A DNA stretch of 64,000 nt from NCBI GenBank assembly GCA_002269645.1, contig NIVC01001207.1, positions 23,541 to 87,540 of the forward strand, in the 5' to 3' direction. Positions 1 to 12,337 of the stretch are shown piece by piece. Numbering within the stretch: the first letter of the stretch is position 1; every line of letters starts with the position of its first letter. Under the pieces are notes generated by a model that worked only from the letters and a program-made list of their open reading frames with translations, had not been told where the DNA came from and did not search any database. Source of the stretch: Macrostomum lignano (Eukaryota). The translations under genes were made by a program, and so were the position numbers.

Positions 1-75
1 AGGAAGGGGCGGATGGAGAGGAAGGGCGGATGGAGAGGAAGGGGCGGATGGAGGGAAGGGGCGGATGGAGAGGAT
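1..75. repeat. Purine-rich minisatellite (aggaaggggcggatggag-like unit), truncated by the window start
   Basis: About 3-4 near-identical tandem copies at the window start. Confidence 0.8.
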
Positions 76-1036
76 AGTGGATAGGGAGAAAGGATCCGCT
101 GTCTCTCCTAGTCTCAGTGTCTATCTATATGTAGCTATTCTGCACCTTCAGATTTACGCATCAAAATCCTTTGGCTGATCTAATATTTGATCCAAACTTT
201 GAAAGGTGAGTGGCGCATAATGAATGGTGCAGTTGGCAAAGGAAGTGAAGAGAGAGAAAGAAAGAGAAAGGAAAAAGATATAGTGAGATAGATGTGCCCA
301 GAGTGAGAGATGGATAATGCCATTCCATATAGATCAGCATGTTCGTGCATCTAAAGTTAAAAACTGAACGAAGAGGAAAAATAGGTCTTAAAAGAAAAGA
401 ACTTTAGGAACTTTTCTCGCGTTGTCATTGGTTAGCCTAGTTTATTGCTCAGCCATGAGGATTGGCTGTTCCTGGCTGCTTTTTTGGCGCAACCAATTAG
501 CTATCATGAAATGTGTTCCCATAGGTCTTGAACCTTTGGCATTGGATCCAACGTCTCTTCCTGCGTTTCGCGATATATACAAGCTACATAAAATTTAAGA
601 CTGATTGCCCTTAATTACTTTAAACTTTCATTTTCAAAGCTCTTCAATAGCATCTGACATCTGCAACATCGTTTTGGAGATCGTACAACCGGATATCTGC
701 ATCTTTCGTGAAACTTTTAAAATATTTTTTCTAATTATTGGCTTTTTATTCATATAGGCTTAGTCCAGGTCAATTAACATAATATTCTCATTAGGTCTAA
801 CTTAGTTTTATTAGCTAATAAACTCAAATAGCAATTTAGGGTCTTATAAGTCTAGTGATATTGTAGTGATCAAATCCATAATTCTAGCTGTGCTTCTAGC
901 TGTTCTAGCTATTACTGTGTAGACTAGCGTATATACTTCGTATATAAACTAAATTTAGTCGAAGACTAGGCCGTATAGGTTTGTTTAGTAGTTCTTTAAG
1001 TTTTTTTACAAGGTCTAAATTAATAGAGAGACAGGT

Positions 1037-1394
1037 ATGGCAGCAATTAGAAGCAAGAAGGAGAGAGTCCAAGCCGCAGTGGACAGTGTAATTGAAAGAA
1101 TTCGCACTGGCAAAGAGTGCAATTATCGAAAAATTGCTCAAGAATTTTCCGTACCTACCACCACCGTTTATGACAGAGCTCGCAGGCTGATGAACGGGCT
1201 GAAGGTGACGGAAAAAAATACTGCCAAGCGGTATTTGACGCAGGCCGAGGAGCGAGTCTTCTGTGATGCAATCAAGCAGGCCGCTCGACAGCAGGTCCCC
1301 ATCACGAGGAAGAAGCTGCTCGAAATGGCAAGTGAGACTGTCCGCAACATCGGCGTTTCGAATGAGGAGCGCTGCGGTTTGCGTGACGCACAAG
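1037..1394 (+). CDS. Transposase exon 1: pipsqueak-type HTH plus Tc5/CENP-B HTH DNA-binding domains
   Basis: NYRKIAQEFSVPTTTVYDR (HTH_psq-like) and YLTQAEERVFCDAIK...PITRKKLLEMA (HTH_Tnp_Tc5-like); donor caag|gtaggc at 1394/1395. Confidence 0.8.
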
Positions 1395-1472
1395 GTAGGC
1401 CAAATTTTAAAATAATAAGAAGCCTGCTTGGACTCAAACATATTTAACTGTTAATTCTCTATCAATCGCATG

Positions 1473-4400
1473 TCTATCTCTGAATCAGCACCTGTCTATC
1501 ACCTCTCTATCAGCCGCCCGTCTGTCTCCTCTCTATCAGCCGCCGTCTGTCTCCTCTCTATCAGCCGCCCGTCTGTCTCCTCTCTATCCGCCGCCCGTCT
1601 GTCTCCTCTCTATCCGCCGCCCGTCTGTCTCCTCTCTATCCGCCGCCCATCTGTCTCCTCTCTATCAGCGCCGGCGCCCGTCTGTCTCCTCTCTATCAGC
1701 CGCCCGTCTGTCTCCTCTCTATCAGCCGCCCGTCTGTCTCCTCTCTATCAGCCGCCCGTCTGTCTCCTCTCTATCAGCCGCCCGTCTGTCTCCTCTCTAT
1801 CAGCCGCCCGTCTGTCTCCTCTCTATCAGCCGCCCGTCTGTCTCCTCTCTATCAGCCGCCCGTCTGTCTCCTCTCTATCAGCCGCCGTCTGTCTCCTCTC
1901 TATCAGCTGCCCGTCTGTCTCCTCTCTATCAGCCGCCCGTCTGTCTCCTCTCTATCAGCCGCCCGTCTGTCTCCTCTCTATCAGCGCCCGTCTGTCTCCT
2001 CTCTATCAGCCGCCCGTCTGTCTCCTCTCTATCAGCCGCCCGTCTGTCTCCTCTCTATCAGCCGCCCGTCTGTCTCCTCTCTATCAGCCGCCCGTCTGTC
2101 TCCTCTCTATCAGCCGCCCGTCTGTCTCCTCTCTATCAGCCGCCCGTCTGTCTCCTCTCTATCAGCTGCCCGTCTGTCTCCTCTCTATCAGCCGCCCGTC
2201 TGTCTCCTCTCTATCAGCCGCCCGTCTGTCTCCTCTCTATCAGCCGCCCGTCTGTCTCCTCTCTATCAGCCGCCCGTCTGTCTCCTCTCTATCCGCCGCC
2301 CGTCTGTCTCCTCTCTATCAGCCGCCCGTCTGTCTCCTCTCTATCAGCCGCCCGTCTGTCTCCTCTCTATCCGCCGCCCGTCTGTCTCCTCTCTATCAGC
2401 CGCCGGCGCCCGTCTGTCTCCTCTCTATCAGCCGCCCGTCTGTCTCCTCTCTATCAGCCGCCCGTCTGTCTCCTCTCTATCAGCCGCCCGTCTGTCTCCT
2501 CTCTATCAGCCGCCGGCGCCCGTCTGTCTCCTCTCTATCAGCCGCCCGTCTGTCTCCTCTCTATCAGCCGCCGTCTGTCTCCTCTCTATCAGCCGCCCGT
2601 CTATCTCCTCTCTATCAGCCGCCCGTCTGTCTCCTCTCTATCAGCTGCCCGTCTGTCTCCTCTCTATCAGCCGCCCGTCTGTCTCCTCTCTATCAGCCGC
2701 CCGTCTGTCTCCTCTCTATCAGCCGCCCGTCTGTCTCCTCTCTATCAGCCGCCCGTCTGTCTCCTCTCTATCAGCCGCCCGTCTGTCTCCTCTCTATCAG
2801 CTGCCCGTCTGTCTCCTCTCTATCAGCCGCCCGTCTGTCTCCTCTCTATCAGCCGCCCGTTAATCTCTGAATCAGCACCTGTCTATCACCTCTCTATCAG
2901 CCGCCCGTCTGTCTCCTCTCTATCGCCGCCCGTCTGTCTCCTCTCTATCCGCCGCCCGTCTGTCTCCTCTCTATCAGCCGCCGGCGCCCGTCTGTCTCCT
3001 CTCTATCAGCCGCCCGTCTGTCTCCTCTCTATCAGCCGCCCGTCTGTCTCCTCTCTATCAGCCGCCCGTCTGTCTCCTCTCTATCAGCCGCCCGTCTGTC
3101 TCCTCTCTATCAGCCGCCCGTCTGTCACCTCTCTATCAGCCGCCCGTCTGTCTCCTCTCTATCAGCCGCCCGTCTGTCTCCTCTCTATCAGCCGCCCGTC
3201 TGTCTCCTCTCTATCAGCCGCCCGTTAATCTCTGAATCAGCACCTGTCTATCACCTCTCTATCAGCCGCCCGTCTGTCTCCTCTCTATCAGCCGCCCGTC
3301 TGTCTCCTCTCTATCAGCCGCCCGTCTGTCTCCTCTCTATCAGCCGCCCGTCTGTCTCCTCTCTATCAGCCGCCCGTCTGTTCCCTCTCTATCAGCCGCC
3401 CGTCTGTCTCCTCTCTATCAGCCGCCCGTCTGTCTCCTCTCTATCAGCCGCCCGTTTATCTCTGAATCAGCACCTGTCTATCACCTCTCTATCAGCCGCC
3501 CGTCTGTCTCCTCTCTATCAGCCGCCCGTCTGTCTCCTCTCTATCAGCCGCCCGTCTGTCTCCTCTCTATCCGCCGCCCGTCTGTCTCCTCTCTATCAGC
3601 CGCCCGTCTGTCTCCTCTCTATCAGCCGCCCGTCTGTCTCCTCTCTATCAGCCGCCCGTCTGTCTCCTCTCTATCAGCCGCCCGTCTGTCTCCTCTCTAT
3701 CAGCCGCCCGTCTGTCTCCTCTCTATCAGCCGCCCGTCTGTCTCCTCTCTATCAGCCGCCCGTCTGTCTCCTCTCTATCAGCCGCCCGTCTGTCTCCTCT
3801 CTATCAGCCGCCCGTCTGTCTCCTCTCTATCAGCCGCCCGTTAATCTCTGAATCAGCACCTGTCTATCACCTCTCTATCAGCCGCCCGTCTGTCTCCTCT
3901 CTATCAGCCGCCCGTCTGTCTCCTCTCTATCAGCCGCCCGTCTGTCTCCTCTCTATCCGCCGCCCGTCTGTCTCCTCTCTATCAGCCGCCCGTCTGTCTC
4001 CTCTCTATCAGCCGCCCGTCTGTCTCCTCTCTATCCGCCGCCCGTCTGTCTCCTCTCTATCAGCCGCCCGTCTGTCTCCTCTCTATCAGCCGCCCGTCTG
4101 TCTCCTCTCTATCAGCCGCCCGTCTGTCTCCTCTCTATCAGCCGCCCGTCTGTCTCCTCTCTATCAGCCGCCCGTCTGTCTCCTCTCTATCAGCCGCCCG
4201 TCTGTCTCCTCTCTATCAGCCGCCCGTTAATCTCTGAATCAGCACCTGTCTATCACCTCTCTATCAGCCGCCCGTCTGTCTCCTCTCTATCAGCCGCCCG
4301 TCTGTCTCCTCTCTATCAGCCGCCCGTCTGTCTCCTCTCTATCCGCCGCCCGTCTGTCTCCTCTCTATCAGCCGCCCGTCTGTCTCCTCTCTATCAGCCG

Positions 4401-4490
4401 CCCGTCTGTCTCCTCTCTATCAGCCGCCCGTCTGTCTCCTCTCTATCAGCCGCCCGTCTGTCTCCTCTCTATCAGCCGCCCGTTTATCTC
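1473..4490. repeat. About 3 kb 26-nt minisatellite (cagccgcccgtctgtctcctctctat) inside transposase intron 1, with a recurring higher-order marker
   Basis: Period 26 read directly from the sequence; the marker atctctgaatcagcacctgtctatcac recurs near 1477, 2863, 3228, 3458, 3844 and 4230. Confidence 0.97.
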
Positions 4491-4532
4491 CTCAATGTGA
4501 TTATACGAGTATATATTCTACTTGCCTACCAG

Positions 4533-5830
4533 GTCAAGCCAGCCGGACTGTCGAAGGGCTGGATTACCGGATTTCTGTTGCGCCATCCCGACATCGCTCA
4601 GCGAACGCCGCAGACGGTGAATCCTGCCCGGGCGATCGTAACGGAGGGCCGCATTCGTGATTGGTTTTCCGAGCTGGCCGACTTCGATGACGATGACCTT
4701 GTCGACGGCGCGCTGCAAGATCCGTCGCGAATTTTTAATTGTGACGAGATTGCAGTGCCGCAAGGATTGAAGTCTCACGCTGTTCTGGCAGAGAAAGGAA
4801 TGGTAAACGTGGTGCAGAAGGTCCACGGCAGTGACCGGAAGCATACCACAGTTTTAATTTGTGTTCAATGCTCAGGTTCTCTATTGCCACCCCGCTTTGT
4901 TTTTCCAGGAAAGACGCAGCCTCGAATGGATGGCTATCCCACTGATTGTCATTATTCTTTTTCACCCAACGGGTGGATGACCACCACTGGGTTTGAGGAA
5001 TTTATTAAAAAAACATTCATGCCCTATCTAGAACAAAAGCGAGTTCGCCGTCCTGTTGTCCTTTTCACAGATTTACACGGCTCCAGATTTTCGCTGGAGG
5101 TTCTGGAGTATCTGAGGCAGCAGAAGGTTGTGCTCTACGGGCTGGTGCCGAACGCAACGCACGTCATGCAGCCTCTGGACCTCGCTGTGTTTCGTCCCGT
5201 CAAGATGGGATGGCGCGAGCTTCTCGCCGACAGGTCCCGGAGTGCTGCGATTGGAGACTGTCACCAGGCTGCGATTCGTGGAAATGCTCCGCGAGGTCCT
5301 GGCAGAGCGGGCTACTCCGCAGAACATCATGGCTGGCTTCCGAAAAAGTGGCATTTTTCCGCGGAACCCTGATGCTCTAGCGTATGACAAGCTCTGCAAG
5401 CGGCAAGACCCGGCTCCTAAGCAGCAAGCAGCAGGTGAGAAGGATTGTGAATGCGTGCTAAAAGCAAGCAACACCGCCCCCACCTCTAGCCTCCCACAGA
5501 AAAAATTTAAATCAAAAAAGTGCCAAACAGCCTCAGGCTCTGTGGAGCGCTGCTTCGAGGATGTTCTTGGCACCGCTAAGCTTCACGACTTGCAAACGAA
5601 GCCAGCAACGACCGACAATGATCGCGTACTGCAGCAGCTGCTGCTGCGCCTGACCGGACAGGTGAACTGCCAACAGATCAGTGACGAGCACGTGAGCTCC
5701 GACCAGCAGAGCACTGACAGCGAGGACCAGATCGAGAGCAGCCCACTGCATCATCCCTCTCTCGATGAGGATACCGTCGAGGCGGTTGAACCACAGAGTG
5801 AGGATTTGCTCGATGCAGAGAGACAGTCTG
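4533..5830 (+). pseudogene. Transposase exon 2: DDE_1 catalytic domain with a +1 frameshift near 5240-5260
   Basis: RIFNCDE, TTVLICVQCSGSLLPPRFVF, SPNGWMT, LFTDLHGS and HVMQPLDLAVFRPVK in ORF 4497-5372. The expected continuation NIMAGFRKSGIFPRNP is in the next frame (ORF 5128-5838). Confidence 0.85.
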
Positions 5831-5959
5831 GTGAGTAGTCGGTAAATTTTGAAAAGTAAACTCAAATTAACGTATAGTATACAAGTAAATTTCACGTAAA
5901 GACGTAAAAGATGTGACACTGTAAATTACATTGTACACTACTTTAAGACCATCTTCCTA

Positions 5960-6400
5960 ATTTTCTCTCCTCTCCTCTCTCCTCTCTCCTCTCTCCCCCT
6001 CCTTCTCTCCTCTGCTCTCCCTTCTCCCCTCCTCTCCCTTCTCCTCTCTCATCTTCCTTCTCCCCTCTCCTCTCCCTTCTCCCCTCCTCTCCCTTCTCCC
6101 CTCCTCTCCCTTCTCCCCTCCTCTCCCTTCTCCCCTCCTCTCCCTTCTCCCCTCCTCTCCCTTCTCCCCTCTCCTCTCCCTTCTCCCCTCCTCTCCCTTC
6201 TCCCCTCCTCTCCCTTCTCCTCTCTCCTCTTCCTTCTCCCCTCCTCTTCCTTCTCCCCTCCTCTCCCTTCTCCCCTCTTCGCTCCCTTCTCCCCTTCTCT
6301 CCATTCTCCCATCCTCTCCCTTCTCCCCTCTCCTCTCATCTTCCTTATTTCCCCCTCTTCTCTCTCCCTTCTTTCTTTCTCATCTCCTGTCTATGTTACA
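5960..6400. repeat. Polypyrimidine (ctcccttctcccctcct-like) low-complexity repeat in transposase intron 2
   Basis: C/T-only tandem motif; the minus-strand ORFs here are repeat artefacts. Confidence 0.9.
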
Positions 6401-6520
6401 CAGTCATGCGCTATATTTTATATCTGATCATTAACTTAAAAGCTTATCGACTTCATCATTCATATATATTTTTTCTTCATGATTGCTAAGTTTGAGCTAC
6501 AAATTATTTATTTCGTTCAG

Positions 6521-7629
6521 GTGCCTTTTGCTCGGTGACGTCAGTATCACCCGCAGCTCGAGAAACAGCCGAGTCGATGGCGTTCCCGATAAAGCGGAAC
6601 CGGACTCCAGTTTCCGGCAAGAAAAGAAGAACGTCCGTTTACCAGGACATTCCGCATCCTAACTTAACTAGCCGCTCTACTTTAGCCTTTTTCAGACTAA
6701 GACAGCAAAAGCGTCAGGCTGCTCTGGACGCCAAGGCCGCACGGCAGACCGCTCGGAGGCTTCGGGCACAGCAGCGTCAGCGTCAAGGTTCCCGGCGACT
6801 GCAGTCGAAGCAGACGGTCGCAGCTGAGCAACCGGTCGCCCAATCTGCCGTGCTGGATATGTCCGTCGCTTTAGGTCGGCTTGAGAGCAAGGCGAAGTCG
6901 TTGAATTGCTCCTTAGGTAAGGCAGATTCTTTTGGAAATTGTTTTTTTGACTCCGTCCGGCAGGTGCTGAGTTCCGAAGGCATCAATTCCGACGCCGACA
7001 GACTTCGATCAGACAGCTGCGCTTTCCTAGAGCAAAACTCCTATGTAAATGGTGAGAGTATCGTTGACTTTTTGGAAATGCCACTTAATGACTATTTACA
7101 AAAAATGAAACGTTCAAGTACCTATGCTGATCATCTTATTATCGTTGCATTAGCCAATTTCTTAGACAGGCCTTTTCAGATTTACCAGCTTGACCGTCCG
7201 GAGCCGGTAGTCATCATGCCAGAGGATCGCCACCCAGAAGGGCAATCAATCAAGCTGGCGCACATCCCAGAGCTGCACTATCTGCCGATGCTGCCGCTAC
7301 CTCTGCCGGAGCTAAGCGTTGACTGCTGGGTGCTGGTTGCCGTGCAGGCAACTTGCAGAGGACGAAAAGCTTGGCAGCATTACCCGTGTCGAGTCATTCA
7401 ACTCCAGGGCGATGGCCAAGTCGTTGTCTCTGCCTGCACTCAGTCGGTGACAAACTGGATGGCTGGAGGTCAAAAGCCATTCATATTCCCGGCCAAGAGT
7501 GACGAGTTCAGCGCATTGGTGAGTGAGGTCGCAGTTTTACCCAATCCCCATTTTCCTACGGGAAGGAATCCTGGATTCCTCTGGACCCGTGATCAGCTCA
7601 TGAATGCTCGCAGCCGCCTTATTCACTGA
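6521..7629 (+). CDS. OTU-like cysteine protease domain plus C-terminal SH3/Tudor-like beta domain; probable last exon of the transposase gene
   Basis: ADSFGNCFFDSV (Cys codon 6940-6942), STYADHLIIVALANFLDRPFQIY and ELHYLPM (His codon 7276-7278). Acceptor tttcgttcag| at 6520 is phase-compatible with the donor at 5831. Confidence 0.75.
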
Positions 7630-7704
7630 GTTGATCACTAGGCCTAGAAATTACGTCCCCATCGTTCTATCACATTTTATGAATTTTATGAACTCAAATG
7701 ACCG

Positions 7705-9225
7705 TTCACTGCTCATTTAATTTCCTGCATTGCTCAACAATTGCCTCATTGCCTAACCTTCAAATCATAATGAATGCTAACTTCACTTTGACATTGCTTC
7801 TATCAAACATCACCATGCACAAGACTTTCATCAAAAGTTTAAAATCTAAAAAAACAAAAAAATTACAAGTATTGCTTGCCTATTTTTCTTCAGCACATTC
7901 GCACTAAAATGACTGCTCACTGACTCAAGCTCTCTCATCTATATTTCCTCTCCTCTCCCCTGTCATCTCGCTCTCTTCTCACCCTCTCTTGTCGCTTCTC
8001 TCTTCTCTCCCCTACCATCATCCCTCTCATCCCTCTATCCCCTCTCCTCTCTACCATCCTCTCCTCTCTCCCCTTCTCCTCTCTCATCTCTCCTCTCCCT
8101 CTCCTCTCTCATTTCCTTTCTCCCTCCTTTCTCATCTTCCGGCCTCTCTCCATTCTCACCTATCCTCTCATCTCCTTTTTCATCTCCTTTCTCCCCTCTC
8201 CCTTTTTCTTTCTCTCTCATCTCCGCCTATCATCTCTCAGCTTGACTCTAATCTATTCGCTTTTCCCTTCTCTCTCCTCTCTCATCTCCCTTCTCCCCTC
8301 TCATCCGCTCTCTATCTCCTTTCTCACCTCTCACCTCTCATCTTCCCTCTTTATCTTTGCACTGTACTCAAAATTGAAAAAAAACAAAAAAATTACAAGT
8401 ACATGTATTGCTCGCCTATTTTGCTTCAGCACATTCGCACTAAAAATTACTGCACACTGATTGCTCATTAACTTTCATTTAATTTCCTGCATTGTTCAAC
8501 AATTGCCTCATTGCCTAACCTGCACTCTCTATTTAAATCATAATGAATACTAACTCACTTTGACTTGTACATTGCTTCTATCAAACATCACCATGCACAA
8601 GACTTTCATCAAAAGTTTAAAATCTAAAAAAAACAAAAAAATTACAAGTATTGCTTGCCTATTTTTCTTCAGCACATTCGCACTAAAATGACTGCTCACT
8701 GACTCAAGCTCTCTCATCTATATTTCCTCTCCTCTCCTCTCCTCAGCTGTCATCTCGCTCTCTTCTCACCCTCTTCTGTCGCTTCTCTCTTCTCTCCCTT
8801 ATCATCTTCCCTCTCATCCCTCTATCCACTCTCCTCTCTACCATCCTTTCCTCTCTCCCCTTCTCCTCTCTCCTCTCCCTCTCCGCTCTCATTTCCTTTC
8901 TCATCTTCCCTATCTCCTCTCTCCAATCTCCCCTATCATCTCCCTTCTTCCCTCTCCTCTCTCATCTCCTTTTTCCCTCCTTTCTCATCTTCCGGCCTCT
9001 CTCCCTTCTCCATTCTGCCCTATCCTCTCACCCCCTTTTTCATCTTCTTTCTTCCCTCTCCCTTCCTCTTTATTCTCTTTCATCTCCGCCTATCATCTCT
9101 CAGCTCCCCTCTCCCATCTTTGCACTGTACTCAAAATTGAAAAACAAAAAAATTACAAGCATTGCTTGCCTATTTTGCTTCAGCACATTCGCACTAAAAA
9201 TTACTGCATACTGACTGCTCATTAT
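7705..9225. repeat. About 770-bp tandem duplication (2 copies) of AT-rich and CT-rich blocks
   Basis: The block catttaatttcctgcattg...cacattcgcactaaaatgactgctcactgactcaagc is at about 7714 and 8477; tttgcactgtactcaaaattg... is at about 8356 and 9119. Confidence 0.85.
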
Positions 9226-12200
9226 CATTAATTTTCCTTGTCTTGATACATGGCGCTATATATGTCTATAAATCTTACGAGCGTAATATTGGTGACTTTT
9301 GACTTGGTGACTCAGCAACAAGCATTTCCAACGCACATTAATTTAAATTTGGGTCAAAAGCCTATTATCAACAATGGGAAAACATACGAGCTAGATACAG
9401 TAGGTTTTAATAAGCCTTTAAATTTTTTATGGAACTGTAATACTTTTACTTGTAATCCCAATAGAAACATTATGCGTTCTTATACAAAACCATTGGATTT
9501 ATTTTATGTGCCTGACTAATGTCAGAATTTTTTATAATTAAAGATGAACTCAAACTGATAGTGCGGAAGATATGCTTGCTGCTGCGGCAGGGAAGGGCCT
9601 CCTTCTCGGTTAAAAAAGCCCCTGCCGACGAAGCCAAGGAAGAAAGGTGACAGTTAAAAAGAAATTAAAAATGCAACTGTCACTTTTTGAGTCACGACGA
9701 GAAGGAATTGAGCAATATCCTGGAAGCTATCAATGTCAAAAGGCCTAGCTTCTATCCAATTAAGAATGACAATACATGTAGTTACGTTTTTGTAGTGCCT
9801 TATAGGCTTAATCATTGGCCAGCGAATTTAGTCATTTCAAATATTCTGAAGCATAAAAACAAACTCAATAAAGTTTGAGTGCATTCGAGTCTATATCTTT
9901 AATATCTTTCGGCATATTAATTACTGTGGAATATTTAAGGATGAGCTATTCTTGCTGAGTTATAATTATGTATTACATATATGTATGTAGCATTTGCTTT
10001 TTGTATTTCTATTTCGCGTATACATGTACGAGCCTATATCTCTAGTTGGCCTCTGCGAGTTTGGCGCCTATAGTCTGTGTACAGTATCGCAAATATGTAA
10101 GTCAGGTCAGTATTATAGCCTGGCTGCCAGGAGTCGGGGGCAAGAGGGAGCTGCGCCCCCACCCCCCAGGCTGGTAAAAGTATGTAGCGCCCCATTGCCA
10201 GTGGGCTTGGCTCCCCCCCCCCCTCTTGCCACCAAGCTTGCCCATCCGCCCAATTAGAAATTCTGGCTATGCCCTTGTATTAAGACGTTTACTCTATTAT
10301 ACTGCGCACATATCTTAAACCTATAAAAAGGGTCAGCCGATTGCCTGCCATCGATTGGGCCTATGTGGCAATTAGTTTTGCACTCTCTTCAAAGATCTTC
10401 TTGAGCCTGTATACATTAAGTTTAGACCTAGCCCCAGAGAAATGTTGGATTGTGGCCTCTTTTGCAATGTGTATGTGTACAAAATGTATGCAATACAAGT
10501 ATTCAATATGTATACTAAGCGCACAGGCGCACCCAATGAGCCTTTTTTAGGGAGGGTTTAGCGGCCCCATCTTGCTGGTTGTGTCAAGGGGCCCAGTGAT
10601 GACTCAGTGCTCAGAGTCATCAGACTCTGCAGACTCAGAACGAGATGATTGTTTTCAACAAAATTTTAAGAACTTACAGCATTTTTCTCTGCATATTGGA
10701 TTCATCTACTTGAAGTAGAAACATATGAGTATGGTGAGAAAAAAAGAAACAGAATATTTGCAGAATTTGTTTGCAGAAAAATGGACTTTTTTTTACTATT
10801 TCTTGAATTTTTCGCTTTTTCTTCTTTAATGTTTAAAAATGACCAATAATATAGCAAGAAGAGCAGTAGACGAAACTAGTGGTACCTTGATTTTTTTTAA
10901 ATCGTGGTATAATGGTGAAATACAGGCAAGTTTAGGAAGCGAAGGTCCCTTTGAAGAAATCTGAAATGAACAAAATATGAGGTCTGTTTAAAAAAAACAG
11001 GATTTTTTACCTTCGTAAATGATTGCTTAATTAAAAAAGTCTAAAATACGTAGAAAAATATAACTTTTTATCAATTTAGCATGAAAGAGTTCAAATAAAT
11101 CGCAAAAAAGTAAAAAAACACGATTTTTCTGTTCAATGGGGGGTACTATATTCAAATGCAGATAAACAATATTTTTCGGAATCTATCCATGCAAAAGTTA
11201 TACCTTTTAGAAAGAGTATGAACTAATCTTTACAATGATATATATTTCAGAAAAAACGAACAAGAAATAAAAAAGTTATTAGTGTTCAAACACAAAAACC
11301 GAACATCAGATATCCTGTTCGGTTTGAAGATACCCTAGAATCATCGTTCGGTTTTGATATAAAATCATCAATAACTTTCTTTCTACTTGTGCAATCAAGT
11401 AAAGCGAACATTCATTTGAAAGAAAAAAAATGTTTTAAACAACTTCGGGGTAGTTTCATTTCATTACATATAAAACTTTCTTTCCTATCTATGAGAGAAT
11501 GTCGAAAAATGACACTTTCATGTTCGGTTGATGAGATCTTACCCTAGTGAGTTTCTATTTCCGCGATTCTTACTGTACGTACTTTACTACTATTGTTTTA
11601 CTGTATCCTAATTCCTATCGTATTTCAAATGCAAATGCTCTGTGTTTTGGTGTTAGTTCTCCTGTGCGCCGTAGTAGTTGTAGTTGTAGGGTAGCATAGC
11701 CGTTCCAGAGTTCCAGTCGATCCAGTTTTAATTCAGTAATAGATATAGACATTATTTAGAATTTATCTTAATTACTTTGACTACATAGATTGTTCAGATA
11801 CGAATACAAATATATAAATGAAATGAATTAAGGCGCATTGCACCCACAAGCCAATAACGCAATCGTTCATTCATCTGTCATCACAACGAAAATAAGGCGA
11901 TTCTTTGAATTCTTGGACTTCAAGAAACTTATTTTACATTGGCAACCATGCCAGCAAAGAAACGCTGGATCTGCACATTTACAGCCAAGTCAAGTATATT
12001 TATTATTGCCTATTCTACCCTGCCTATTGACTACTGTCTATGCCTAATGGATCATTAAGACAATTGACAATATTTTTTGGTCAGCTATTTTCAATAATAT
12101 CAATCTGCTTATTGAAGAACTGGTATTCATTTGGACCTAATTGCTATTATAAATTAATTATCTTGCTTGACTAGTTCTCATTGAAATTTAGTCCTATCAA

Positions 12201-12337
12201 CATATTATTATTAAATGTCAACAAATAAGACCTTTGGCATTAGTATCAAAGAATTATAATATTAACTATTCAAAGACTTCTTGAGACCAATAAGGACTAT
12301 CAGTATCATCATCATCAATTGATTAATTGCTGCCAAA

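Larger units (their letters stand above)
1037..7629 (+). mobile_element. pogo/Fot1-like (DDE_1) DNA transposase gene with introns and a C-terminal OTU exon; probably frameshifted in this copy
   Basis: Three coding blocks in the usual pogo order: HTH_psq + CENPB-type HTH (1037-1394), DDE_1 (about 4533-5830), then OTU plus a small beta domain (6521-7629). Canonical donors at 1395 (gtaggc) and 5831 (gtgagt). Terminal inverted repeats not found in the window. Confidence 0.8.

Noticed and set aside
1470-2870. 466-aa ORF
   Set aside because: Translation of the 26-nt minisatellite; it lies inside a GT-AG intron between two transposase domains.
1473-4490. Repeat-with-spacer pattern resembling a CRISPR array
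   Set aside because: The interspersed segments are identical, not unique spacers; the context is eukaryotic and there are no cas genes.
1-9250. Terminal inverted repeats of the pogo-like element
   Set aside because: I found no convincing inverted pair with TA flanks; the left end may lie outside the window.
9250-9900. Short AT-rich ORFs (9250-9519, 9687-9878) that look like decayed coding sequence
   Set aside because: No recognisable motif or splice-consistent model.
10560-11550. AT-rich stretch resembling the interior of a non-autonomous DNA transposon (repeated ttcggtt / accctag motifs)
   Set aside because: I could not identify paired TIRs or a TSD.
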